DNA of 24,000 nucleotides, taken from an uncultured beta proteobacterium (GTDB lineage Bacteria > Pseudomonadota > Gammaproteobacteria > Burkholderiales > SG8-41). This document shows, in pieces, positions 8,212-17,076 of the stretch. Position numbers and translations under genes: made by a program. The notes beneath the pieces were generated by a model. The model saw only the letters and a list, made by a program, of their open reading frames with translations. It was not told where the DNA came from and made no database searches. Location: contig CAWDSF010000018.1 in the NCBI GenBank assembly GCA_963804885.1, positions 218,717-242,716 on the forward strand, given 5' to 3'. Position 1 is the first letter of the stretch; each line of letters begins with the position of its first letter.

Positions 8212-8245
8212 CGCTCAACGAATTAAAGACAAAGGACCACCAATC

Positions 8246-8818
8246 ATGTTTGCCGAATTCAGACCCGCATTAGTCATGCTGATCCTACTGACCGTTTTAA
8301 CCGGCGGCATCTATCCCGCCTCGTAACGGGCATCGCGCAATTCGTTTTCCCTGCGACAGGCCAACGGCAGCCTCATCGAGCAGAACGGCAAGGCCGTCGG
8401 TTCCGCGCTGGTCGGACAGCCTTTTTCGGATCCGAAGCATTTCTGGTCGCGCCCGTCGGGAACTTCGCCGTATCCGAACAATGCGAGTGCTTCGAGCGGA
8501 TCCAACCAGGGTCCGTTGAATCCAGCTCTGAAAGAAGCCGTCGAAGGGCGCATCAAGGCTTTGCGTGAAGCAGATCCCAACAACAGGACGCCGGTACCGG
8601 TCGATCTCGTGACGGCGTCAGGAAGCGGACTCGATCCGCATATCTCGCCCGCTGCTGCCGAATACCAGGTCAATCGGGTGGCGAAGGCCCGCGGAATCGA
8701 TCCCGCGCGGGTGAGAGCCCTTGTGGCAGAATCGACGCAGGGACGGCAACTTGGATTTCTTGGAGAACTGCGGGTTAACGTGCTCGAACTCAATCTTGCG
8801 CTCGATCGTGCCGAATAG
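8246..8818 (+). pseudogene. kdpC: kdpC disrupted by two compensating 1-nt frameshifts that create an in-frame TAA (pseudogene or sequence error)
   Basis: The ATG at 8246 gives MFAEFRPALVMLILLTVLTGGIYPAS, then TAA at 8324-8326. The same frame resumes KdpC-like sequence from 8354 ([31 protein letters not shown]...[23 protein letters not shown]...[10 protein letters not shown]) to the stop at 8818. The missing conserved block [10 protein letters not shown] is encoded at 8323-8352 in another frame. Total length (190 codons) matches KdpC. Confidence 0.85.
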
Positions 8819-8847
8819 CTTTGATCAAGCAGGGGCGCTGTCCTGAG

Positions 8848-11598
8848 ATGGAACAGCGTCCCGATCCCGATGCGCTGCTGGCGAAAGTCCAGCGTGAGGA
8901 GGCCAGGCAACGCCGTGGCAAGCTGAAAGTGTTTTTCGGCGCCGCTGCGGGCGTGGGCAAAACCTATGCGATGCTGTCGGAGGCGCGCGAGAAGCGTGCC
9001 GAAGGCTGCGACGTCGTTGTCGGCATAGTCGAGACGCATGGCCGCGCGGAAACGGTCGCGATGGCCGAAGGTCTCGAGCTCCTGCCGCCGCGTGTCGTCG
9101 ATTATCGCGGCGCGCAAATCCGCGAATTCGATCTCGACGGCGCACTGAAGCGACGGCCGACGCTGATTCTCGTCGACGAGCTCGCGCACACGAATGCCGA
9201 GGGCTCGCGCCATCCGAAGCGCTGGAACGACGTCGAGGAACTGCTCGACAGCGGCATCGACGTCTACACGACGCTCAACGTGCAGCACCTCGAAAGCCTC
9301 AACGACATCATCGGCGGCATTACCCAGATCCGCGTCTGGGAGACGATTCCCGACACGATCTTCGAACGCGCGGATGAGGTCGAGCTCGTCGACCTGCCGC
9401 CCGACGACCTGCTCGAGCGCCTGCGCGAAGGCAAGGTGTACCTGCCGCAGCAGGCCGAGCGCGCGATCCGCAACTTCTTCCGCAAGGGCAATCTGATTGC
9501 GCTGCGCGAGCTCGCATTGCGGCGAACCGCGGAGCGCGTTGACGCGCAGATGCGCGATTACCGCGAGGACCAGGCGATTCGCGACGTCTGGCGCGCGGGC
9601 GAGCGCGTGCTCGTGTGCATCGGGCCGAACCCTCTTGCATCGCGGCTGATTCGCGCGGGCAAGCGGCTTGCCACGTCGCTGCACGCGGACTGGATCGTCG
9701 CTTACGTCGAGACACCGCAATTGCAGCGGCTGCCGGCGGAGCGGCGCGACCGGATTCTGGATTATCTGCACCTCGCAGAGGAACTCGGCGCGGAAACGAT
9801 GACGCTGTCCGGCCACTCGATGAGCGAGGCCATTCTCGACTGCGCGCACGACAAGAACGTGACGAAGATCGTGCTCGGCAAGCCGTCGCGCGCCGGCTGG
9901 CGGCGCTGGGTTCTCGGCAGCGTTGTCGACGAGGTCGTGCGCGAGGCGCATGATTTCGACGTCTATCTGCTGGCGTGCGACAAGGATATCGATGCACCGA
10001 CGCTGCCGGACACGTCGCTGCTCCTGCGCAGCCGCGCCTATCTGGGGATTTCCGAAAGCGAGCACCGCAAAAAGCGCTGGCCGGGCTATCTCTGGAGCGC
10101 GGGCGTCACTGCCGCGATCACGTCGCTCTCCGCGTTCGCGTTCAGCTTTCTGGAGCTCGTGAACCTCGTGATGCTGTATCTGCTCGGCGTGATGTACATC
10201 GCGACGCGCTTCGGCCGCGGCCCTTCGGTGCTCGCGTCGCTGCTGTCGGTCGCGGCGTTCGACTTCTTTTTCGTGCCGCCGCGCTATTCGTTTGCCGTGA
10301 CGGACGTGCAATACCTGGTCACGTTCGCCGTAATGCTTGCCGTCGGATTGATCGTAAGCACGCTCACCGTCGATTTGCGCTCGCAGGCCAAAGTTTCCCA
10401 GCATCGCGCGCGCCGCGCCGGCGTGCTCTATACGTTCACGCGCGAGCTCGGGCTCACCCAGACCGAGGCCGAAGTCTGCGAGGTTGCAGTCAAGCACATC
10501 GGCGAGGAGTTCGAAGGGCAGAGCGTGGTGCTGCTGCCCGATCACGAAGGGCGCATTCATTATCCACGCGCGCAAAGCATCCAGTTTTCGTTTCATGGCA
10601 GCGACCTCGGCGTTGCGCAATGGGTGTTCGATCATGGCCGCATCGCGGGGCGCGGCACGGACACGCTGCCCGGCACCGAAGGCGTGTACTTGCCGATGAC
10701 CGATGCGGGCGGCACGATCGGCGTGCTGGCGCTGCTGCCGATCAACCTGCGACGCGTGTTCCTGCCCGAGCAGAAACGCCTGATCGACACGTTCATCGCG
10801 CAAATCGTGCAGGGCCTCGGGCGCGTGCGCCTGACGCGCGATGCGCAGGCCGCGAAAGTCAAAGCGGAGACCGAAAGCCTGCGCAATTCGCTGTTGAGTG
10901 CAATTTCTCATGACTTTCGCACGCCGCTCGCTTCGATCGTCGGCGCATCGAGCAGCCTCATCGAAGATTCTGCGCGGCTCTCGGACCCGGCCCGGCTCGA
11001 TCTGGGCAGGACGATTTACGAGGAAGCCCAGCGCATGACGAAGCTCGCCAACAACCTGCTCGACATGGCGCGGCTCGAGGCGGGCAACGTGAGGTTGAAC
11101 CGGCAATGGTGCCCGCTCGAAGAAATCATCGGCGGCGTACTCACCCGTTTGCACGCGCGGCTCGGACGCCATCCGGTTTCGATCAAGCTGCCGCCGGGCC
11201 TGCCGCTCGTGCATGTCGATCCGGTAATGATCGAGCAGGTGTTCGAGAACCTGATTGAAAATGCGGTCAAATATACGCCGCCCGGCACCCCCTTCGAAAT
11301 CGGCGGCGAAGCAGTCGACGGCAAGATGGCCTATTGGGTCGCCGACCGCGGCGACGGGCTTCCGTCGGGCAAGGAGGACATGCTGTTCGAGAAGTTTTAT
11401 CGCGGTGCGAAGGAAGGCGCGCAAAGCGGAGTGGGGTTGGGGCTGACGATCTGCCGCGCCATCGTCGAGGCGCACGGCGGCACCATACGCGCGGAAAACC
11501 GGGAAGGCGGCGGCGCGCGTTTTACCTTTACGATTCCGCTCACCGGCGAGCCGCCGAAAATCGCGTCCGAAGAAGAGCAACTCGCCGCATCGTCATGA
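8848..11598 (+). CDS. kdpD: sensor histidine kinase KdpD (full length)
   Basis: N-terminal KdpD domain with Walker-A-like GAAAGVGKTYAM, then a Usp-like region, 4 TM helices, a GAF-like domain, H-box SHDFRTPL, N-box ENLIENAVKYTP and G-boxes DRGDGLP/GVGLGLTICR. ATG at 8848 (MEQRPDPDALLAK); the track start at 8821 is a TTG extension. Confidence 0.95.
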   Translation: MEQRPDPDALLAKVQREEARQRRGKLKVFFGAAAGVGKTYAMLSEAREKRAEGCDVVVGIVETHGRAETVAMAEGLELLPPRVVDYRGAQIREFDLDGALKRRPTLILVDELAHTNAEGSRHPKRWNDVEELLDSGIDVYTTLNVQHLESLNDIIGGITQIRVWETIPDTIFERADEVELVDLPPDDLLERLREGKVYLPQQAERAIRNFFRKGNLIALRELALRRTAERVDAQMRDYREDQAIRDVWRAGERVLVCIGPNPLASRLIRAGKRLATSLHADWIVAYVETPQLQRLPAERRDRILDYLHLAEELGAETMTLSGHSMSEAILDCAHDKNVTKIVLGKPSRAGWRRWVLGSVVDEVVREAHDFDVYLLACDKDIDAPTLPDTSLLLRSRAYLGISESEHRKKRWPGYLWSAGVTAAITSLSAFAFSFLELVNLVMLYLLGVMYIATRFGRGPSVLASLLSVAAFDFFFVPPRYSFAVTDVQYLVTFAVMLAVGLIVSTLTVDLRSQAKVSQHRARRAGVLYTFTRELGLTQTEAEVCEVAVKHIGEEFEGQSVVLLPDHEGRIHYPRAQSIQFSFHGSDLGVAQWVFDHGRIAGRGTDTLPGTEGVYLPMTDAGGTIGVLALLPINLRRVFLPEQKRLIDTFIAQIVQGLGRVRLTRDAQAAKVKAETESLRNSLLSAISHDFRTPLASIVGASSSLIEDSARLSDPARLDLGRTIYEEAQRMTKLANNLLDMARLEAGNVRLNRQWCPLEEIIGGVLTRLHARLGRHPVSIKLPPGLPLVHVDPVMIEQVFENLIENAVKYTPPGTPFEIGGEAVDGKMAYWVADRGDGLPSGKEDMLFEKFYRGAKEGAQSGVGLGLTICRAIVEAHGGTIRAENREGGGARFTFTIPLTGEPPKIASEEEQLAASS

Positions 11599-12299
11599 GC
11601 CAGCCGCATCCAGTCATCGTTGTCATCGAAGACGATCCGCAGATCAGGCGCTTTCTGCGCACGGGGCTGGAAGCGCATGGATTCGAGATACACGAGGCGG
11701 AAACGGGCAAGCTCGGCATGATACTCGCGGCGACGCGCAAACCCGACCTCGTAATTCTCGACCTCGGGCTGCCTGATATTGACGGGCTTGAAGTCGTGAA
11801 AAAACTGCGAGAGTGGACGTCGCGGCCGGTGATCATTCTCTCGGCGCGCAATATGGAAACCGACAAGGTCGCGGCGCTCGATACCGGCGCCGACGATTAC
11901 CTGACCAAGCCGTTCGGGATGGACGAGTTGCTCGCGCGCATCCGCGTCGCGCTGCGCCACGCCGCGCAGCCGGAGCAGGCCGATGCGGGGCAGGTTTTCA
12001 ACTCGGGCAATCTCAAAGTCGATCTCGCGCAGCGCCGGGTATACCGCGACGGAGAGGAAGTCCATCTGACGCCGATCGAATACCGGCTGCTGACCACGCT
12101 GATCAAGCATGCCGGCAAGGTGCTGACGCACCGGCAGTTGCTGCTCGAGGTGTGGGGGCCGAGTTACGTCGAGCACAACCACTATCTGCGCATTTACATG
12201 GGCTGCCTGCGCCACAAGCTGGAAGCGGAGCCGGCCCGCCCCAAACTGCTGCTGACTGAAGCGGGAACTGGCTACCGGCTTGCGGTTGACGACGATTGA
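11595..12299 (+). CDS. kdpE: OmpR-family response regulator KdpE
   Basis: Receiver domain (VIVVIEDDPQIRRFL, DLVILDLGLPDIDG, KPF) plus winged-helix output (LTPIEYRLLTTL, GTGYRL). The ATG overlaps the kdpD stop (ATGA at 11595-11598). 234 aa. The track start at 11334 is an extension inside kdpD. Confidence 0.95.
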   Translation: MSQPHPVIVVIEDDPQIRRFLRTGLEAHGFEIHEAETGKLGMILAATRKPDLVILDLGLPDIDGLEVVKKLREWTSRPVIILSARNMETDKVAALDTGADDYLTKPFGMDELLARIRVALRHAAQPEQADAGQVFNSGNLKVDLAQRRVYRDGEEVHLTPIEYRLLTTLIKHAGKVLTHRQLLLEVWGPSYVEHNHYLRIYMGCLRHKLEAEPARPKLLLTEAGTGYRLAVDDD

Positions 12300-12350
12300 A
12301 GGCCGATTATCGGGCGGCATCACGGGCTGCAAAAAGAATAAGAGGAACCG

Positions 12351-14231
12351 ATGGATCAGGTGCATGAAGCGAAGCAAACCCGTTCTGCGCTCGCGCTCGC
12401 GGCGCTCGGCATTGTCTATGGCGACATCGGCACGAGCCCCCTCTATGCGGCCAAGGAGGTCTTCAATCCCAATCACGGCATCCCGTTCTCCACGGCCAAC
12501 GTAATCGGCGGCGTGTCGGCGATATTCTGGGCGCTGATGATCGTCGTGTCGGTCAAATACGTGATCCTGATCATGCGCGCCGACAACCGGAGCGAAGGCG
12601 GCATCATGGCGCTGCTCGCGCTCGCGTCGGCTTCCGTTAAAGAACGGGCGGGGTGGGGCGGCCCGCTTGCGCTGCTCGGCGTGTTCGGCGCCGCGCTCTT
12701 TTACGGCGACGGCGTGATTACGCCGGCGATTTCGGTGTTGAGCGCGATCGAAGGCCTCGAAGTAGCGACGCCCGCGTTGAAGCCGTATGTAATTCCGCTG
12801 ACGGTCGGCGTGCTGGTTGCGCTGTTCGCGCTGCAGCGCCGCGGCACTGCGACCGTGGGCGCGCTGTTCGGGCCGGTCATGATCGTGTGGTTTGCGGTGC
12901 TCGGATCCATCGGCATCGTCAACATCGTGCGCGCCCCGCAGATTCTCGAGGCCGTGAATCCCGTGCACGCCTATGCATTCTTGACGCAACACGGCTTTGC
13001 CTCGTTCACCGTGCTGGGGGCGGTGTTTCTGGCCGTTACCGGCGCGGAAGCGTTGTATGCGGACATGGGGCATTTCGGCAAGAGCCCGATCCGGTTCGCA
13101 TGGTTCGCGTGCGTGCTGCCCGGCCTGACGCTCAATTATTTCGGCCAAGGTGCGTTGCTGATAACGAATCCGCGGGCGGTCGAAAACCCGTTTTACCTGA
13201 TGTTCCCGGATTGGGCGCTGTTGCCGATGGTCGCGCTCGCCACCGCAGCGACGGTGATCGCGTCGCAGGCGGTGATTTCCGGCACGTATTCGATGACGCG
13301 CCAGGCGATCCAGCTGGGCTTCTTGCCGCGCACCAACATCGTCCAGACCTCGGACACCGAGTTCGGTCAAATCTATATTCCAGCCATCAACTGGACGTTG
13401 CTCGTCGTCATCGTTGCCGCGGTCATCGGATTCGGCTCCTCATCGAGTCTCGCGTCCGCGTACGGGCTCGCCGTTTCCGGCACGATGCTGATCACGACGC
13501 TGCTCACTTTCTTCGTGATCCGCTTCGGCTGGCGATACAGCCTGCCGGTGTGCTTGCTGGCCACCGGCTTCTTCCTGATCGTGGACTGCGCGTTTTTCGC
13601 CGCGAATCTGGTCAAGTTCGTCGAAGGCGGCTGGTTTCCGCTGGCGATGGGCGGGCTCATCTTTACGGTCATGATGACGTGGCGAGACGGCCGCGATATC
13701 CTGTTTCGTCACTTGCGCAAGTCTTCGCTGCAGCTCGAAGCGTTCCTGAAAATGCTGTTTGACGATCCGCCGCATCGCGTTGCGGGCACTGCAGTGTTCC
13801 TGATCGGCGATCCGGACACGGTGCCGCACGCGCTTTTGCACAATCTGAAGCACAACAAGGTGCTGCACGAACGCGTGATATTTCTGACGGTGATCGTGCG
13901 CGACGTGCCGCGCGTGCCATTCGAAGAGCGCATCGTCGTCGAAACGCTCGGCAACTGCTGCTTCCGGTTAAAGCTCCTTTACGGTTTCAAGGACGTGCCC
14001 GACGTGCCGCAAACGCTCGCGCTGTGCAAGGTGGGCGGCGCCGGCATCGACCTGCTCGAAACGTCGTTTTTCGTGAGCCGGGAAACCGTCATTCCGACGC
14101 CGGGCGGCGGCATGGCGCTGTGGCGCGACCGGCTGTTCGCGGCGATGTCGCGCAACGCCGGCAGCACTTTCGACTACTTCTGCATACCGGCGAACCGGGT
14201 GATCGAGCTCGGCACGCAGATCGAGATTTGA
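12351..14231 (+). CDS. kup: KUP/HAK/KT-family potassium uptake transporter
   Basis: 626 aa. Signature N-terminus LAALGIVYGDIGTSPLYA, GGIMALLAL and FYGDGVITPAISVLSA, about 12 TM segments, and a C-terminal cytoplasmic domain ending VIELGTQIEI. AAGAGGA SD upstream. Confidence 0.95.
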   Translation: MDQVHEAKQTRSALALAALGIVYGDIGTSPLYAAKEVFNPNHGIPFSTANVIGGVSAIFWALMIVVSVKYVILIMRADNRSEGGIMALLALASASVKERAGWGGPLALLGVFGAALFYGDGVITPAISVLSAIEGLEVATPALKPYVIPLTVGVLVALFALQRRGTATVGALFGPVMIVWFAVLGSIGIVNIVRAPQILEAVNPVHAYAFLTQHGFASFTVLGAVFLAVTGAEALYADMGHFGKSPIRFAWFACVLPGLTLNYFGQGALLITNPRAVENPFYLMFPDWALLPMVALATAATVIASQAVISGTYSMTRQAIQLGFLPRTNIVQTSDTEFGQIYIPAINWTLLVVIVAAVIGFGSSSSLASAYGLAVSGTMLITTLLTFFVIRFGWRYSLPVCLLATGFFLIVDCAFFAANLVKFVEGGWFPLAMGGLIFTVMMTWRDGRDILFRHLRKSSLQLEAFLKMLFDDPPHRVAGTAVFLIGDPDTVPHALLHNLKHNKVLHERVIFLTVIVRDVPRVPFEERIVVETLGNCCFRLKLLYGFKDVPDVPQTLALCKVGGAGIDLLETSFFVSRETVIPTPGGGMALWRDRLFAAMSRNAGSTFDYFCIPANRVIELGTQIEI

Positions 14232-14479
14232 ATTCACTCGCTGCGCTGTAGCGCGCATTTGAGCGGGGTCCGAACCGCGTCACGCGCCGGTCCATCAACT
14301 GCGAGCGGCCTGCTTGCGCCAATGTGTCGCTCGTCAATTCCTTGCCAAACGCATTATTGGCGGTGTTTGCACCGCCGTACTGACTCGCGTAAGGTGCAAA
14401 ATTAGAATAGAACAACGGGATACGACTTGCGCAATATATGCGGACACGGTGTGCGGGAGCAGCCGTCACAAAAAAAGTC

Positions 14480-14794
14480 ATGCCAGTCATCAACCCGACG
14501 CCAAAGATAGTGTCCGCCTCAGTTGCGTTTGCCGTTCTTGCGTGGCTCCTTCTATTGCTCGGCCTCATGTACGCGAGATTTGTTGTAATCGAACCCCCGC
14601 CTAATGTGGTTATCACGTTTTCCCAGAAGGGCCTTACTCGTCTCTTTACCGAGCTCATCAGCCTTGGCATCGGCGGTCTTGGCATCTTTCTCGCAGTTGT
14701 TGCCTTCGCCCGCGGCGCGCGCAGCCGGGCGCTTACCCTTGCGGGGCTGAGCAACGTATCCATTTGCATCGTTTGCGCCGCATTGCTAATGTAG
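14480..14794 (+). CDS. hypothetical small membrane protein (about 3 TM) in the lower-GC islet
   Basis: Starts MPVINPTPKIVSASVAFAVLAWLLLLLGLMY. Three hydrophobic segments. No family recognised. Its codon usage has more A/T-ending codons than neighbouring genes. The start choice (14480 versus 14438) is uncertain. Confidence 0.45.
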   Translation: MPVINPTPKIVSASVAFAVLAWLLLLLGLMYARFVVIEPPPNVVITFSQKGLTRLFTELISLGIGGLGIFLAVVAFARGARSRALTLAGLSNVSICIVCAALLM

Positions 14795-14832
14795 TTAGCC
14801 TTTCACTCGACGATAACGTCCTGGATGAGAAC

Positions 14833-15252
14833 ATGAAAAAGTCGGATGCGAGCCAAAGCCAGCCGGCATCGGAGCTTATTTCGAAAAGAATCGCCGAACT
14901 CGGGGACTGGCGCGGCAAAACTCTCGGCAGGATGCGCAAGCTCATCAAGGCAGCAATCCCTGATGTAGTCGAAGAGTGGAAGTGGAGGGGCACGCCGGTT
15001 TGGTCGCACGACGGCATCATTTGCACCGGCGAGTCCTACAAGAGCGTCGTGAAGCTTACTTTCGCCAAGGGCGCGTCTCTGAAAGATCCGGCCCGTCTCT
15101 TCAACTCGAGTCTCGACGGCAACGTGCGCCGCGCGATCGACATCCACGAAGGTGAGGAAGTTGACGAGCCCGCCTTCAAGGCACTCGTTCGCCAGGCGGC
15201 CGTCCTCAACAGTTCCGGCAAGTCGAAACCTGCGAAGAAAGCGAAGTCCTGA
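14833..15252 (+). CDS. DUF1801 (YdhG-like) domain protein
   Basis: 139 aa. The pattern RIAELGDWRGKTLGRMRKLIKAAIPDVVEEWKWRGTPVWSHDGIICTGESYKSVVKLTFAKGASL is typical of DUF1801/YdhG-like proteins (from memory). Lys-rich C-tail. Confidence 0.65.
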   Translation: MKKSDASQSQPASELISKRIAELGDWRGKTLGRMRKLIKAAIPDVVEEWKWRGTPVWSHDGIICTGESYKSVVKLTFAKGASLKDPARLFNSSLDGNVRRAIDIHEGEEVDEPAFKALVRQAAVLNSSGKSKPAKKAKS

Positions 15253-15300
15253 GGGATTCTGCCGAACGGATCGGCGGACGCGATGGCCGTGTCGAGCCGC

Positions 15301-16911
15301 TCAGTTCACGAAAAACGCGGCCGGCAGCGCTTCCACCACGTAACGGCGGTTCAGCAACTGGCTTTCGGCGAGGTCCATCGCAACGGGGTTATTGGCGTCC
15401 GTAATTGCGCGCCCGTACGCGAGCAGGCGCTGGTCGAGCGCGATGGGGTTGCGCAGCATCGCAGCGATTACGGGCAGGTGCCGCGCGGGCACGTGATTGA
15501 GGTCGTCGCCGGCGGGGCTCGGCAAGGCGGAGGCGGAGGCTACGATAAAGCTGTTGATATGCGGGGCAAGGCCGTAATCCGGCCGGTAGAGCGTGACGTA
15601 TTGCAGCTCGCTTTTGAGCGTCGTCAGGAAGTGCGCATAGGCGCGCGGCTTGTCGAGGTCCGCAAACGTGTTGAATACCGCGATGCCATCCCGACCCAGG
15701 CACCGTTTTAAATCACGGAAGAAGTCTCGCGTCACCAGATAGTCGGGCACGCCGTCGCCGTGAAAAAGGTCGACGACTACGATGTCGTAGCCGCTCTCGC
15801 ATGTGCGCAAGTAGGTGCGCGCATCGGCCTGGACGGCGTGGACTTTGCCTGGATCGAAGCCGAACACTTCAGTGGCGGCGCGCAATGAGGCGGAGTCGAT
15901 GTCGACGGTGGTGACGTCGACGCCGCGGCCGGCCAGCCGCATCGGCACCATGCCCGCGCCGATGCCGAGCACGAGCGCTTTGCGCAGTTCCGGACGGTAG
16001 GAAAAAGATAGCGCCTCGAGCGCATAGGTGTACATCGAGAGCGAACGGTTGCTGGCGCCGACGACGTTCTGCACGAGACCGTCCTGGAAATACATGCGGG
16101 TAAACGGCTCGTTGTCGCGCGGACCGCTTTTCAGGACTTTGACGGTGCCGAACGACGAGCGGTAGACCGTTTCTATGCTCCAGTTGGTGCCGCCGTACGC
16201 GGCGGGCCACAGGCGGTCGGTATAGGCGCGCGAGCCGGCGAGCAATGCCAACGACGCCGCCAGTGCAACCACTGACGTGATCGTCAGGCGCTTCCGCTGG
16301 GCAATACGGAGCGACGAGCCGAACAACATCACGAGCGGCAATGCCGCGAGCACAGCCGCCACAGTCAACGATGCGGCGAAATTGCTCATATACAGAATAA
16401 GGCCGAATGCCGTCACGATGACACCCGCGACCGAGCCCAGCGTGCTGATGAAAAATACGCGGCCAGCGCCGGCGTCGGCCAGCTCGCCGCGCGAAGCAGA
16501 TTGCCGCAACAAAATCGCGACCAGCAGAGGGTTCATAGCGGACGTTACGAACAGCGGGACAAACAGCAGCACGACGCACGCGATGAATGCGCCCAGCACC
16601 AGATCGAATTGCGCGAGCCGGTGGAACAGGTACGGATAAACGAGGCAGGCGGCGACGATCGCCAGCGCTGCAACGGCGGGCATGCGCGCAAACTGGTAGG
16701 CGAGTTTTTCCGGCGCCGGTGGATGGTTGCCCTTGCCCGCGGCCAGCTGGCCGCCGCGCCAATAACCCGCCGCCAGCGACACCAGCGTAATCGACAGGAT
16801 GCCGCTCCAGATATAAAGGCTCACACCGAAGTACGGCGTCAGGATGCGCGAGGCCAGCAGCTCGAGCGCGAGGATCGCGCCGCCGGTAACAAAAATGATA
16901 GTGGGCAGCAT
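15301..16911 (-). CDS. membrane-fused spermidine synthase-like (aminopropyl/methyltransferase-fold) protein
   Basis: 536 aa. The N-terminal ~215 aa contain about 7-8 hydrophobic helices. The C-terminal Rossmann domain has LVLGIGAGMVP (motif I), VTTVDID, and VVVDLFHGDGVPDYLVTRDFFRDLKRCLGRDGIAVFN, which resembles the SpeE D-x-x-D...LFT..F region. Confidence 0.8.
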   Translation of the reverse strand: MLPTIIFVTGGAILALELLASRILTPYFGVSLYIWSGILSITLVSLAAGYWRGGQLAAGKGNHPPAPEKLAYQFARMPAVAALAIVAACLVYPYLFHRLAQFDLVLGAFIACVVLLFVPLFVTSAMNPLLVAILLRQSASRGELADAGAGRVFFISTLGSVAGVIVTAFGLILYMSNFAASLTVAAVLAALPLVMLFGSSLRIAQRKRLTITSVVALAASLALLAGSRAYTDRLWPAAYGGTNWSIETVYRSSFGTVKVLKSGPRDNEPFTRMYFQDGLVQNVVGASNRSLSMYTYALEALSFSYRPELRKALVLGIGAGMVPMRLAGRGVDVTTVDIDSASLRAATEVFGFDPGKVHAVQADARTYLRTCESGYDIVVVDLFHGDGVPDYLVTRDFFRDLKRCLGRDGIAVFNTFADLDKPRAYAHFLTTLKSELQYVTLYRPDYGLAPHINSFIVASASALPSPAGDDLNHVPARHLPVIAAMLRNPIALDQRLLAYGRAITDANNPVAMDLAESQLLNRRYVVEALPAAFFVN

Positions 16912-17076
16912 GTCGTGGCGGATAAGCGGTCGGGTATAATGACGGCGCGTTCAGGCAGGCGCGAACGCATCGGATTGAAATTGGTTGTGCGCGAAATCTA
17001 CCAGAGTTCAAACATTGACGCGAGTTCGCAGCGCAAGGGCGGCCGGTTGCGCGCAATTTTTGAACGGGAGGACAGG

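Noticed and set aside
8311-11580. 1089-aa minus-strand ORF, the longest in the track
   Set aside because: It is antisense to kdpC/kdpD, whose plus-strand products carry unmistakable KdpC and KdpD motifs. Its translation is R/A/Q-rich low complexity with no recognisable domain. This is a typical stop-poor shadow frame in high-GC DNA.
11397-13370. 657-aa minus-strand ORF
   Set aside because: It is antisense to kdpE and kup, which are confidently identified on the plus strand. Its composition is that of a shadow ORF.
14242-14280. Small hairpins after kup (TGCGC-tgtagc-GCGCA-TTT, then GCGG-ggtccgaa-CCGC), plus a GGTCCGAACC stretch checked as a tRNA T-arm
   Set aside because: The stems are only 4-5 bp and the T run is 3 nt, which is too weak for a confident terminator. 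No acceptor, anticodon or D-arm architecture surrounds the T-loop-like sequence, so it is not a tRNA.
17025-17076. Hairpin (GCGCAA...TTGCGC) followed by TTTTT just upstream of the SD of the first array gene; considered as a SAM-type riboswitch or attenuator
   Set aside because: The stem is only about 6 bp with a 10-nt loop, and the T run starts 4 nt after the stem. I could not recognise SAM-II, SAM/SAH or SAH riboswitch core motifs in the 16941-17076 leader. A covariance-model scan (Rfam/Infernal) would settle this.
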